NCBI RefSeq assembly: GCF_043757465.1 | Contig: NZ_JAYVPL010000091.1 | Span: forward strand, 1 to 61,625 | Direction: 5' to 3' | DNA length: 61,625 nt | Origin: Armatimonas sp. | Lineage (GTDB): Bacteria > Armatimonadota > Armatimonadia > Armatimonadales > Armatimonadaceae | Shown here: positions 9,348 through 21,257 of the stretch, in pieces | How positions within the stretch are numbered: position 1 is the stretch's first letter | Layout of the letters: every line of letters begins with the position of its first letter | Notes under the pieces: model-generated | Told to the model about the DNA's origin: nothing | Database searches by the model: none | What the model saw: only the letters and a program-made list of their open reading frames with translations | Translations under genes and position numbers: made by a program

Positions 9348-10093
9348 GCCGTGCCTCCCGTACTGGTAGCAGTAGCGGGATTGTCGGAATCTACATCGCT
9401 AGCGGCCAGTGGTACCACAAAAGTATGCGTCTGGGCCTCAGAGTCTGTGGCGAGCGTGTAGCTCACTCGCACTGCTGCGGGAAGCCGCCGCGTGCCGCTT
9501 AGGGTATCCCAGATCGTGACCCACTCGGTACCATCATAGAACTCAAAGCCAAGCTGCGTCACCGCAGGCTCTAGCACCGACTCCGTGCCGCCTTGTGTCG
9601 CATCGCCATCAGCGGGCTGCTGCAAACGCTCAAAGAGCCCCGTGGTGCTCGTGGCGTCTCCCCCGACGGGTGCAATTCCTAACGAGACCTCGGTGATGCC
9701 TCCTTGTGGGCCAAACTGCTCGTGCTGGGTCTCAAAATCATCGGTACTCTGCTGGGTCGCCAGTGAAAGCCCCAGAGAGTCCGTTGTAAATGTCAGCCGA
9801 TCCGCTCCCAGCTTACCGTCGCCCTGCTCAGCGGCGGCAACAAAATATGTTGTCGTGTCCGCAGTGTCTTCCGAGAGCAGTGCGCCTTCCAGAAGACGGG
9901 TGATACGTTTCTCCACCCGCGCCGCCGGGTTCTGCTCACTCTGGCGCTGTGCTTGGCGGCGCTGCATGTCCAGTCCCCCGACAAAGGCGTAGACAAGCGC
10001 ACTGGTGAGAATGCCCATCATCACGAGCACCACCAGTAGCTCCAGCAGGGAAACCCCTGCCCGTCGCTTTCGTCTTCGTCGGTCTTGACTCAC
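9344..10093 (-). CDS. GspJ-like minor pseudopilin
   Basis: 249 aa. Prepilin-type N-terminus RRAGVSLLELLVVLVMMGIL (G at -1, E at +5). Positioned between the I-like and K-like genes. Confidence 0.55.
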   Translation of the reverse strand: MSQDRRRRKRRAGVSLLELLVVLVMMGILTSALVYAFVGGLDMQRRQAQRQSEQNPAARVEKRITRLLEGALLSEDTADTTTYFVAAAEQGDGKLGADRLTFTTDSLGLSLATQQSTDDFETQHEQFGPQGGITEVSLGIAPVGGDATSTTGLFERLQQPADGDATQGGTESVLEPAVTQLGFEFYDGTEWVTIWDTLSGTRRLPAAVRVSYTLATDSEAQTHTFVVPLAASDVDSDNPATATSTGGTA

Positions 10094-10479
10094 TGTCCGC
10101 TTGTCCCTGTTCCTGTGGTAGTTGTCTCTGGCCGGAAGAAGACCCGCTCAGAGATCACCTGCTCCGCCTCACCCCGCACCGCCGTAATCGTCGCTTCCTC
10201 CACATTCGCATCCTCGGTGGCTTGAAGCTCAAGAGTCCACTGGGCATCCGCGTAGCCCTCGGCGGAGAAGTCCCCTTTGGTAGCCGCCGTTCGCAGATCA
10301 CTCTCGACACGCAGCTCCGCTAGCTTCTGGACGGCCAGCCGCTGAAGAAGCTCTGCATTCCGGGCATAGGCATCGCTGCGAGAGAGCCGCCCTAGTGCCG
10401 TCAGCACCCCGGACAGTGCAATCCCAACCAGCGCCGTAGTGACCAGCATTTCCACTAGAGTGAAGGCGCGCTTACCCAC
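10090..10479 (-). CDS. GspI-like minor pseudopilin (probable GTG start at 10479; ORF-track start 10530 would overlap gspH by 58 bp)
   Basis: Prepilin motif KRAFTLVEMLVTTALVGIAL with E at +5, and small size (about 130 aa). The codons gtg ggt aag cgc gcc ttc begin immediately after the gspH-like stop. Confidence 0.55.
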   Translation of the reverse strand: MGKRAFTLVEMLVTTALVGIALSGVLTALGRLSRSDAYARNAELLQRLAVQKLAELRVESDLRTAATKGDFSAEGYADAQWTLELQATEDANVEEATITAVRGEAEQVISERVFFRPETTTTGTGTSGQ

Positions 10480-11020
10480 GTTTTTGCAGCTCCCCCGCAC
10501 TCCAGCGCTCTTCGCCGGGCTCGATCGCATTGGTGCTACTCCAGCGGGGCAGCTCGCCCGCCCCTGGCAGGCTCAGGCTGAGAATCTGATTCCCTTCCAC
10601 AAATTCCAGCCGCCCGACACGGGCCGAGCCATCAGGATAGATAGTCCACTCCCACGAAGCCAGATCCGTGCTCTTGCCCTCTAGCTGGGCTGCATCAAGT
10701 TGAATCTCTTTGCCTAAGCTCAGTCGCTTAAACTCAGTGATATCCGTCGTGTCTTTCCCAATCCGCTCCAGCACGAGGGTGCTGCTGCCTTCCGCGCGTA
10801 GGGTGATGGCTTGCTGGCTCTTGCGGGCCTCGTTTTGCGCCTCAGCGGGCAAGCGTAGAATGCTTGATTTAAGGCTCTGCACCTCGCGTGAGCGCTGAAG
10901 CGCAACCGTATTGGGCATTACCAGCGCTGCCAGCAAAGCAAGTATCGTAATCACTACCGTCGCCTCAATCAGCGTGAACAAGCTTCCCCGCCGGGCGGGG
11001 GCCGGGGAGGAGGCAGTCAT
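10472..11020 (-). CDS. GspH-like minor pseudopilin
   Basis: 182 aa. N-terminus RRGSLFTLIEATVVITILALLAALVMP is a prepilin-like helix with E at +5 if the mature protein starts at F. Its ATG immediately follows the gspG stop. Confidence 0.5.
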   Translation of the reverse strand: MTASSPAPARRGSLFTLIEATVVITILALLAALVMPNTVALQRSREVQSLKSSILRLPAEAQNEARKSQQAITLRAEGSSTLVLERIGKDTTDITEFKRLSLGKEIQLDAAQLEGKSTDLASWEWTIYPDGSARVGRLEFVEGNQILSLSLPGAGELPRWSSTNAIEPGEERWSAGELQKRG

Positions 11021-11434
11021 CTATTCGCTCGTGATATCCGAGGCATCACCCTCACCACCAGGAGCGCTGTCCGCACCATACGATGCGATGATGAAGTCCT
11101 GGCCGTCGGGTCCTGGCGACTCGTAGATATAATCGTTCTGCCAGGGATCGGTAGAGATTGCCTTCTGCGTGTAAGGGCCACGCCAGTTATTGATCCCGCT
11201 CGGCTGCGACTGTAGTGCCATCAGCCCTTGTTCGGTAGTGGGGAACTGATCGGTATCCACTTTGTACTGCGAGAGCAAACCGGAAAGAGTCGCAATATCG
11301 CTGGCAGCCTTAGCACGCTTGGCATCCCCCGTGCGGTTAACCACACGCGGAACAATCAGAGCGGCTAAAATCGCCAGGATCAACACCACAACCAGCATCT
11401 CAATAAGCGTAAACGCACGTTTTTGTTTTTTCAT
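11021..11434 (-). CDS. gspG: Major pseudopilin GspG
   Basis: 137 aa. MKKQKRAFTLIEMLVVVLILAILAALIVP is a class III signal peptide with E at +5. C-terminal GspG signature (...TDPWQNDYIYESPG...DF.I.SYGADS.PGGEGDASDI). RBS AGGAAA upstream. Ala rather than Gly at -1. Confidence 0.85.
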   Translation of the reverse strand: MKKQKRAFTLIEMLVVVLILAILAALIVPRVVNRTGDAKRAKAASDIATLSGLLSQYKVDTDQFPTTEQGLMALQSQPSGINNWRGPYTQKAISTDPWQNDYIYESPGPDGQDFIIASYGADSAPGGEGDASDITSE

Positions 11435-12651
11435 TTAATTGTTTCCTGCGCTTGAAATATCGGCAAGAGCACCGACAAAACAACAAACCCTACAAACGTT
11501 CCCATAGTCAGAACAATCACCGGCTCCACCATAGAGACAAGACGACGCATCCCCGTGTCAACCTCGAAGTCGAGGCTGTCCGAGACACGCCCGAGCATAC
11601 GCGGCAGATCCCCTGTCTCCTCACCAATAGCCACCATGTGGGTCAGCACCGGCGGGAAGGTTCCGGTATCCTGCATGGCCTCCGCGATAGGGCGCCCATT
11701 ACGCACTTCCTCGGAGACCTCTTTAGCACTTGTCTGGAACACCCGGTTGCCCGCGGAGAGCCCGGCAATATCCAGCGCCTCCAGGATCGGAACCCCCCCA
11801 TAGACCAGTGTCCCCAGCACGCGGGCGAAGCGTGAGATCGTCGCCTTCATCACCACCGGCCCAATCAGAGGCGCTTTCAGCATAAACTTATCTCGCTGAT
11901 ACGCCCCGTTTGCAGTCGCCAGCCAGCCCTTGACCAGCAGACTCCCTCCAATAAGCACCGCAAGAACCAGGATCCAGTTTTTAGTAATAAAATCGGTGCT
12001 CGCGAGAAGCATCTTGGTGGTCAACGGCAAGTCGTTGCCCAAAGACTTGAAGACCCCAGAGAGACGGGGAACCACAAACAAGAGCAAGAACAACACCACG
12101 AACACTGCCGTAGACGCCAGGATCGCTGGATAGACCAGGGCACCGCTGATCTGGCTGCGCCGTGCGACCTCTTTTTCCTGGAAATCCGCCAGCCGCCCCG
12201 CCACTTCGGGAAACTGGCCACTGGCTTCCCCAGCGCGCAGGGTCTGCGTGAAGACCTCATTGAAGAACTTAGGGTGCTTGCTCAGTGCCTGACTGACAGG
12301 CATACCAGAGCGTACATCCTCCAGAGTCTGCTCACAGACTTCCCGGAGTACCTGGCTTTCAGACTGCTCTGCTACCACCTGAAGCACACGATCCAGCGGG
12401 AGCCCCGCCTGCGACAGATCGGCAAGCCGCCGTGTAAAGAGCGCGAGCTCCTGGCGCGACGGTGCACGCCGTCCGCCAAAACTCGAACCCGCAGTGGCCA
12501 CGGAGCTCTTGGCCTCATTGATCTCAAGAACGAAGCGTCCCTCGGCATCGAGCCGCGCCAGTGCGGCCTCTTTGGTCTCCGCCTCGATCACGCCCGTGCG
12601 CTGTGCACCGCTGGCATCCATCGCGGTGTACGAGAAACTCAGCGCCGCCAT
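11431..12651 (-). CDS. gspF: Type II secretion system platform protein GspF (PilC family)
   Basis: 406 aa with two GspF/T2SSF repeats, three TM segments and conserved blocks (e.g. GLPLDRVL, VYPAILA, MLGRVSDSLDFEVD). Confidence 0.85.
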   Translation of the reverse strand: MAALSFSYTAMDASGAQRTGVIEAETKEAALARLDAEGRFVLEINEAKSSVATAGSSFGGRRAPSRQELALFTRRLADLSQAGLPLDRVLQVVAEQSESQVLREVCEQTLEDVRSGMPVSQALSKHPKFFNEVFTQTLRAGEASGQFPEVAGRLADFQEKEVARRSQISGALVYPAILASTAVFVVLFLLLFVVPRLSGVFKSLGNDLPLTTKMLLASTDFITKNWILVLAVLIGGSLLVKGWLATANGAYQRDKFMLKAPLIGPVVMKATISRFARVLGTLVYGGVPILEALDIAGLSAGNRVFQTSAKEVSEEVRNGRPIAEAMQDTGTFPPVLTHMVAIGEETGDLPRMLGRVSDSLDFEVDTGMRRLVSMVEPVIVLTMGTFVGFVVLSVLLPIFQAQETIK

Positions 12652-12654
12652 GGC

Positions 12655-14274
12655 TTAGAGTGCCTCCCGCTGACAGACACGCAGAACCTCTTCAGGAGTT
12701 GTCTTGCCCGCCAGCACCGCCAGCTTGCCGTCTCCCAGGAGCGTCCGCATCCCGTAGGTCTTGACAGCATAGTCCTTCATCTGGTTGGAGCTGGCACGAT
12801 CCACGGTCATCCGGCGGATCGGCTCATCAATCACAAAAAGCTCGTAGAGACCGACACGGCCTTTGTAGCCGCTTCCCTGGCACTTCTCGCAGCCCATGCC
12901 TTTTCGAAACGGAGCACTTCCCGCCCATTCGTGCGGCGTAATCCCCACTCCCTCAAGGATCTCACTCTCGGGCAAGTAGGGTGTCGCGCAGCTAGGGCAG
13001 ACGCGGCGCACGAGGCGCTGAGCCACGGCACCGATCAGCGAGGAGGCCACGAGATACGGCTCGACCCCCATGTCCAGAAGGCGCGTCACCGAGCCAGGGG
13101 AGTCGTTGGTGTGCAGGGTGGAGAAGACTAAGTGCCCGGTCAGCGCCGCGTGAATCGCGATCTCCGCCGTCTCGTGGTCGCGAATCTCTCCGACCATGAT
13201 CACATCCGGGTCCTGGCGCACGATACTGCGAAGCCCATTAGCAAACGTCAGGCCGATCGCGGCGCGCACGGGAATCTGGCTGATGCCGGGCACCTGGTAC
13301 TCAACGGGATCCTCAATGGTCAAGATATTGGTAGTCGGCGACCAGATCTCCTGTAGCGACGCATACAGCGTCGTGGACTTTCCCGCACCGGTCGGGCCCG
13401 TCGCCAGGATCACGCCGTAGGGCACTTTGATGATCTGGCGGTAGCGCTCCAGCATGTCCGGCTGGATGCCCAGCTCCGCAAGGCCCAGCATCGCGGTGCC
13501 TTTATCCAGGATACGCATCACGGCCCGCTCGCCAAAGACCGTCGGTACAATCGAGACACGGACATCAATGGCGCGCCCGGCAATCATGATCTTAATGCGC
13601 CCGTCTTGAGGCAAGCGGCGCTCGGCGATATTCATCTCGCCGAGAATCTTCAGGCGCGAGACGATCGCGGCGTGCATGCGCTTGGGCGGAGCCATCATGG
13701 CGCGCAGCATGCCGTCTATGCGGCAGCGAATCCTGACTTCTTTCTCGTAGGGCTCGATATGGATATCCGATGCCCCATCACGCACTGCCTGTGCAAAGAT
13801 CAGGTTGACCATCTGCACCACAGCCGTCTCCCCCGCCATCTTCTGCAGATCCGCCAGATCCGTATTCTCGTCGGCGTCTATGGCATTGGCATCATCACCC
13901 TGCCCTGGAAGACCCGCCAGGATCTTCTCCAAAAAAATCTCCTCGATCTTTTCCTTGATGATGGCAGGCGGCGCAAGAACAGCACGAGTGGGCCTTTGTA
14001 GCAAAACCCCTAGCTCATCCACAGCCCCCAGAGAAAGAGGCGAACCAATAGCAGCCACAAGAGTGCCGTGGTGCAATTTCAGCGGCAGGATCTGGTACTT
14101 GAGCGCGAAGTCTCCCGGAACCAGCGAGACCGCTTCGTCCTGAGGTCGTGTGATCTCAAGATCAACATGCTCAAATGCATCTTCAAGAGGAGGTAGAGTG
14201 ATCGGTTCTGAAGCAGTCATGTTATTCACAGTAAAGACGTTATCCGTCTCTAAAAGTTCGTGGCCCTTACTCAT
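12655..14274 (-). CDS. gspE: Type II secretion / type IV pilus assembly ATPase GspE (PilB family)
   Basis: 539 aa. Walker A (ILATGPTGAGKSTTLYASL), Asp box, Walker B (DPDVIMVGEIRD), His box (GHLVFSTLHTN) and a tetracysteine zinc motif (CPSC...CEKCQGSG). N-terminal GspE_N-like domain. Confidence 0.9.
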   Translation of the reverse strand: MSKGHELLETDNVFTVNNMTASEPITLPPLEDAFEHVDLEITRPQDEAVSLVPGDFALKYQILPLKLHHGTLVAAIGSPLSLGAVDELGVLLQRPTRAVLAPPAIIKEKIEEIFLEKILAGLPGQGDDANAIDADENTDLADLQKMAGETAVVQMVNLIFAQAVRDGASDIHIEPYEKEVRIRCRIDGMLRAMMAPPKRMHAAIVSRLKILGEMNIAERRLPQDGRIKIMIAGRAIDVRVSIVPTVFGERAVMRILDKGTAMLGLAELGIQPDMLERYRQIIKVPYGVILATGPTGAGKSTTLYASLQEIWSPTTNILTIEDPVEYQVPGISQIPVRAAIGLTFANGLRSIVRQDPDVIMVGEIRDHETAEIAIHAALTGHLVFSTLHTNDSPGSVTRLLDMGVEPYLVASSLIGAVAQRLVRRVCPSCATPYLPESEILEGVGITPHEWAGSAPFRKGMGCEKCQGSGYKGRVGLYELFVIDEPIRRMTVDRASSNQMKDYAVKTYGMRTLLGDGKLAVLAGKTTPEEVLRVCQREAL

Positions 14275-14863
14275 ATTATAAACATCATCGTGAAAAAAAA
14301 GTGAAACTGGAGGCTAAGCACCCATTAATTATTTTTTAATCTTTTAGCACTTTAGACATACGTGGTATGTAACTGCTAAACAACGTCCTTAGTTCCCATT
14401 ATATCAAGAAAAACAAAACGCCACAGCGAGGATTCAGCTTTTCATAGTTTATAACACTTAAGTTAATACGGGTTAATATCTCATACAGGGCACTTAACGG
14501 CACTGGATTCAGCAGATTCATCTCACTGGAAAAAATTATATGTCCGCATAAAAGGATCGTTTTCTTGAGATAACATAGAGGTTCTCATCCCAGCAAAATA
14601 ATTAGCACCCCACTACCATGAACACCCGACTAAGCACCCACAAAGAACCTGTTTCTGACAGAATTTCTCTCTTTTTCCATCCCGATACCTTCTATGAGCA
14701 ATGTACGCGAGCCTAGATTTGTCCGTCATGAAATTGAGATCGTATTATTGTGCTCCTTCATGAGCTTTCCACCGCCCCAAAATAGATTCGCTTTATAGCT
14801 TATCGTAGTGTGGGTTTCCCCTCTCCTAAATGGCGGAGTTTGCTCGGGTACAATAGGCACACT
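14275..14863. promoter_or_regulatory. About 590 bp AT-rich divergent intergenic region between gspE (minus) and recG (plus)
   Basis: No credible ORF. Clearly lower GC than the flanking ~60% GC DNA, with A/T runs such as gtgaaaaaaaagtg and attaattattttttaatctttt. Must contain the promoters of the gsp operon and of recG. Confidence 0.45.
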
Positions 14864-16939
14864 ATGGCCCCCGATCTTCCCGTCACTAAACTCAAAGGCG
14901 TCGGGGAGAAGCTGGCGGAGACGCTCTGGAAGCTGCAAATCCGCACCCTGCGTGAGCTGGTCGGGCATTTTCCGCGCCGCTACGAAGACCGCACCCGTTT
15001 TGTGAAGATCGGCGACGTGCGCGATGGCGAGTACGCGACAATCTTAGGGAAAGTCACGGCGGTGGAGAACAAGCCACTGCGCAATAAGCTCGTCCTCACC
15101 AAAGTGACGCTCGACGACGGCTCGCGGGTGCTGGCATCGCTGACCTGGTTCAACCAGTGGCGCATGAAAGCGACTTTCGAGAAGCTGATCGGCAAGCAGG
15201 TGGTGGCCTACGGTCAGGTGAAGCGCCGCTACGCCCCGGAGATCAATACGCCCGAGTGGGAGGCCATTGACGAAGACGGCTCCGTGGACTCGCTGGCCAT
15301 TGGACGGATCGTCCCGGTCTATCCGCTCACGGAGGGCCTCTCCCAGACCCGCCTGCGCCGCTTCGCCTACGAGGCCGTGAATCTGTGTGCCGCCGAGTTC
15401 GACGATGCCCTCCCCGATGCCCTGCGCAAGCGGCGAAATCTCCCGGGCATTGAGGCCGCGCTCCGCAATATTCACTACCCCGAGAGCGACGAAGCACTGC
15501 AAGCCGCCCGGCACCGGCTGGCCTATGAAGAGCTGCTCGCGCTGCAGATATTAGTGGCCCAGAAGAAGCGCGAGGTGGCCCGTCAGCCAGGGATCGCCTT
15601 TCCCGATGCTATCGGCCCCGTGATGGAGCTGCGCACGGTTCTCCCCTTCACGTTCACTGGCGCTCAAGAGCGCGTAATCGCGGAGCTAGGAAGCGACATG
15701 GCCTCTCCCACCCCGATGAACCGGCTGATTCAGGGCGATGTCGGCTCGGGAAAAACAGCCGTGGCGATGGCGGCGATGACCATTGCGGCGCGCGGCGGGT
15801 ATCAGGCGGCGCTCATGGCCCCCACCGAAATTCTCGCCGAGCAGCACCTCAAGAGCATCCGGGCAAGACTAGAGGAGCTGGGCCTGCGCGTGGACTTGCT
15901 GACCGGATCGCGGCCCGCCAAGGAGAAAGCCGCCGTGAAAGAGCGTCTGCTCAGCGGCGAGACCAGTGTGGTCGTCGGGACACACGCGCTGATCCAGGAG
16001 AGCGTGGGTTTTCATAAGCTTGGCCTCGTGGTGATTGATGAGCAGCACCGCTTCGGGGTCTTGCAGCGCGCCGCGCTCTCAGACAAAGGCGTTCGGCCCG
16101 ATGTGCTGGTCATGACCGCAACCCCGATCCCGCGCACGCTCACCCTCACGGTCTACGGCGACTTAGATGTCTCGATTCTCGATGAGCTGCCGCCGGGCCG
16201 CAAGCCGATCCGCACGCACTGGAAACGCCGCGCTGAGCAGGACAAAGTCTACGCGGGCATTAAACAAATGGTGACTCAGGGGCGGCAAGCCTTTATCGTC
16301 TGCCCGCTGGTCGAGGAGTCCGAGAAGCGCGAGGCGAAAGCGGCGACGCACCTAGCCGAGCACTTAAAAACCCATGTCTTCCCCGAGCTCTCCATCGGCC
16401 TGCTTCACGGGCAGCTCAAGTCCGATGAGAAAGACGCCGTGATGGAAGCTTTCCGTAAAAATGAGCACCAAGTCCTCGTCGCAACAACCGTGATCGAAGT
16501 GGGTGTGGACGTGCCCAACGCCGCTGTGATTGTGATCGAGGACGCCGACAACTTCGGGCTGGCACAGCTTCACCAGCTGCGTGGCCGGGTCGGGCGCGGT
16601 GAGCACGCGTCGTTTTGTGTGCTTCTCGCTGATCCCGCCACACCCGATGGCACGGCGCGCATGGAGGTGATGTGCGCCACCAGCGACGGCTTCGTGATCG
16701 CCGAAGAGGATCTGAAACTCCGTGGCCCCGGTGAGTTCTTCGGCACGCGCCAGTCCGGCATCCCCAGCCTCAAAGTCGCCGATGTGCTGCGTGACCAGGA
16801 CATTCTCCTCGAAGCCCGCACCGACGCCTTCGACCTGCTCAGCCGCGACCCACAGCTCATCCGCCCCGAAAATGCCCTGCTCAAACAAGCCGTCGCCGCC
16901 CACAAACGCGCTTCGGAGGCGCTCATCGCCGCTCCGTAA
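14864..16939 (+). CDS. recG: ATP-dependent DNA helicase RecG
   Basis: Wedge domain plus SF2 helicase motifs ([36 protein letters not shown]). Start taken at the ATG at 14864 ([16 protein letters not shown]). Confidence 0.9.
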   Translation: MAPDLPVTKLKGVGEKLAETLWKLQIRTLRELVGHFPRRYEDRTRFVKIGDVRDGEYATILGKVTAVENKPLRNKLVLTKVTLDDGSRVLASLTWFNQWRMKATFEKLIGKQVVAYGQVKRRYAPEINTPEWEAIDEDGSVDSLAIGRIVPVYPLTEGLSQTRLRRFAYEAVNLCAAEFDDALPDALRKRRNLPGIEAALRNIHYPESDEALQAARHRLAYEELLALQILVAQKKREVARQPGIAFPDAIGPVMELRTVLPFTFTGAQERVIAELGSDMASPTPMNRLIQGDVGSGKTAVAMAAMTIAARGGYQAALMAPTEILAEQHLKSIRARLEELGLRVDLLTGSRPAKEKAAVKERLLSGETSVVVGTHALIQESVGFHKLGLVVIDEQHRFGVLQRAALSDKGVRPDVLVMTATPIPRTLTLTVYGDLDVSILDELPPGRKPIRTHWKRRAEQDKVYAGIKQMVTQGRQAFIVCPLVEESEKREAKAATHLAEHLKTHVFPELSIGLLHGQLKSDEKDAVMEAFRKNEHQVLVATTVIEVGVDVPNAAVIVIEDADNFGLAQLHQLRGRVGRGEHASFCVLLADPATPDGTARMEVMCATSDGFVIAEEDLKLRGPGEFFGTRQSGIPSLKVADVLRDQDILLEARTDAFDLLSRDPQLIRPENALLKQAVAAHKRASEALIAAP

Positions 16940-16995
16940 TCCGCCCCCTCTTTTATTGCTTGATTTACCCCATTCGTATGCTACGATAGTGCCTG

Positions 16996-17916
16996 ATGGA
17001 TCGTATCGAAAACCTCTCGCTCCGTGACCTACGCCTGCTCGTGATCCTCGCAGAGCGCCGCCACTTTGCACGCACCGCCGAGGAGTTCGGCCTGAGCCAG
17101 GCAACCCTCTCTGCCACCGTGAAGAAAATCGAGGTGGCATTCGGGAAGCCGCTGTTTGAGCGATCCAGTCGGCATGTCGGGCTAACCCCTGAGGGCGAGA
17201 GTGTCGTGCGTCAGGCGCTGATCGTCTTAGAGGAGTCTGCCGTCCTCGCCCAGACCTTTCAGTCAGCGTCTGCCCCACTCTGTGGCCGTTTTCGCCTTGG
17301 TGCGTTCCCAACCCTCGCGCCGTATCTCTTTCCATTGGTTCTGCCGGGCCTGCTGGCCAGCTACCCGAGGCTCCAGCTCGTGCTCACCGAGGCGCTCAGC
17401 GACGAGCTAGTGCGGATGCTGCGTACCCGGCACATAGATGCAGCCCTTCTCGCACTGCCGCAGGACGAGAGTGATCTGGCACTCTGGCCGCTCTTTAGGG
17501 AGCCGTTCTGGCTGGGAGTCGCTCTGGAGCATCCCCTTGCCCAAAAAGACGTGCTTACGGTCGCGGATGTCCCGCTGGAGGAGCTACTTCTACTGGAGCC
17601 TGGGCACTGCCTGCGCGATCAGGTGCTGGCCGCATGTGGCACAGGCTACTTGGCACACCGGCGGCTGGTGCACGCGGCGGGGCTAGAAACGCAGCGGGCG
17701 CTGGTCGCCGCCCGCCTCGGGTGCGCGATCCTGCCCGCCCTCGCCACTCGTCGCCCGGATGCGGCCATCAAGGCAATCTCATTTGCCCCCCCGACACCGG
17801 GAAGAACCATCGCGCTCGTGACCCGTAAAACCGGCAAGGACGACCGTGATGCCCAAAGCCTCGTTGCCTTCCTCCGCCGCCTCCCCGATACCCAACCCCT
17901 GCTAGAGCCCACGTAG
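16996..17916 (+). CDS. LysR-family transcriptional regulator, OxyR-like (immediately upstream of katG)
   Basis: N-terminal LysR HTH (LRDLRLLVILAERRHFARTAEEFGLSQATLSATVKKIEVAFGKPLFER). About 300 aa substrate-binding domain with Cys residues (CGRF.., GHCLRD). Possible -35/-10 promoter at about 16965-16990. Confidence 0.75.
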   Translation: MDRIENLSLRDLRLLVILAERRHFARTAEEFGLSQATLSATVKKIEVAFGKPLFERSSRHVGLTPEGESVVRQALIVLEESAVLAQTFQSASAPLCGRFRLGAFPTLAPYLFPLVLPGLLASYPRLQLVLTEALSDELVRMLRTRHIDAALLALPQDESDLALWPLFREPFWLGVALEHPLAQKDVLTVADVPLEELLLLEPGHCLRDQVLAACGTGYLAHRRLVHAAGLETQRALVAARLGCAILPALATRRPDAAIKAISFAPPTPGRTIALVTRKTGKDDRDAQSLVAFLRRLPDTQPLLEPT

Positions 17917-18073
17917 CTGTAAAGAATATTCTCCCTCAGCCGAATCGGCGATCCATCGGAAAATCCGAAGCTTTGCTTCGGCGGAGAGGCGTTGATCTGG
18001 CCCTCGCTCCCGGCGACAATGGGGCTATGCAAACACACTTCCCCCTGGCCCTCGGTCGCGAGTCGGCATCTGA

Positions 18074-20512
<2,439 letters not shown>

Positions 20513-20541
20513 GCCTACGGCTCTGTCGTCCAATGACGCGG

Positions 20542-20561
20542 GGAGGGGGATTCCCCCCTCC
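20542..20561 (+). terminator. GC-rich hairpin downstream of katG (weak intrinsic-terminator candidate)
   Basis: ggaggggg-attc-ccccctcc is a perfect 8-bp inverted repeat 30 bp after the katG stop. No clear U-tract follows. Confidence 0.3.
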
Positions 20562-20645
20562 TCGCTCCAAAATAGCAAGAGTCAAAGAAGAAAACGCTCC
20601 TGAAGCGGCAGTATCTCGATCACGAAATCGGGATAAAATAGGCCC

Positions 20646-21257
20646 ATGTCCTATTCGAAGTTTACAACTCTGACGGAAGTATTAGAAAAATTCGGACTGA
20701 GTGTGATTTATGATGAGGAGCTTTTCGCAGAAGTGGTGCCCGCGCCGCCGGGGGAGCTTCTGGTGGCGACACTGGACGAGTACCTGCCGCTGGCGCTGGC
20801 GATTGGGACAGAGAAAGCTCGCTCGGAGCTGCTGATCATGCCGGTTCTGGCCGAGGTGCGCCGTCAGTTGCAGGCGCAGATCAGCCTGTTCTCGGGTGTG
20901 GACTTTAATGTGGATCCTAAAAACGGCCTCAATGGCTACTGCGACTATCTCCTCTCACGCTCACGCGACCCCTTCACCATCCAGGCCCCCGTCTTTGCGC
21001 TGGTCGAAGCTAAAAATGAGAAACTCGTCACCGGCCTAGGCCAGTGTGTCGCCGAGATGCTCGCCGCGCAGATCTTCAATCAGCGCGCCAACAAACCCCT
21101 GTCTCCTCTCTACGGAGCCGTCACCACCGGCGAGCTCTGGCGCTTCGTTAAGCTAGAGGGCACAGAGCTGACGGTGGATCGGGACAATGAAACTATCCAT
21201 CCCCTGGAGCGGCTCCTGGGAATACTGACGGCTATAGCACGAGGAGCAGCTTCTTGA
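20646..21257 (+). CDS. Hypothetical protein with a possible PD-(D/E)xK nuclease-fold signature
   Basis: 203 aa soluble protein. Motif arrangement GYCDYLL...(x17)...PVFALVEAKNEK (D ... E-x-K). Its stop overlaps the TTG start of the next gene (TTGA). Confidence 0.5.
   Translation: MSYSKFTTLTEVLEKFGLSVIYDEELFAEVVPAPPGELLVATLDEYLPLALAIGTEKARSELLIMPVLAEVRRQLQAQISLFSGVDFNVDPKNGLNGYCDYLLSRSRDPFTIQAPVFALVEAKNEKLVTGLGQCVAEMLAAQIFNQRANKPLSPLYGAVTTGELWRFVKLEGTELTVDRDNETIHPLERLLGILTAIARGAAS

Noticed and set aside
12274-13131. 285 aa plus-strand ORF
   Set aside because: Antisense to gspF and gspE, both of which have unambiguous motifs.
14726-14968. 80 aa ORF in the AT-rich gspE-recG intergenic region
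   Set aside because: Overlaps the recG 5' end and the promoter region. No RBS or start context; composition atypical.
16364-17335. 323 aa minus-strand ORF
   Set aside because: Antisense to the recG 3' end and the LysR gene. Arg/Gly-rich, no domain signature.
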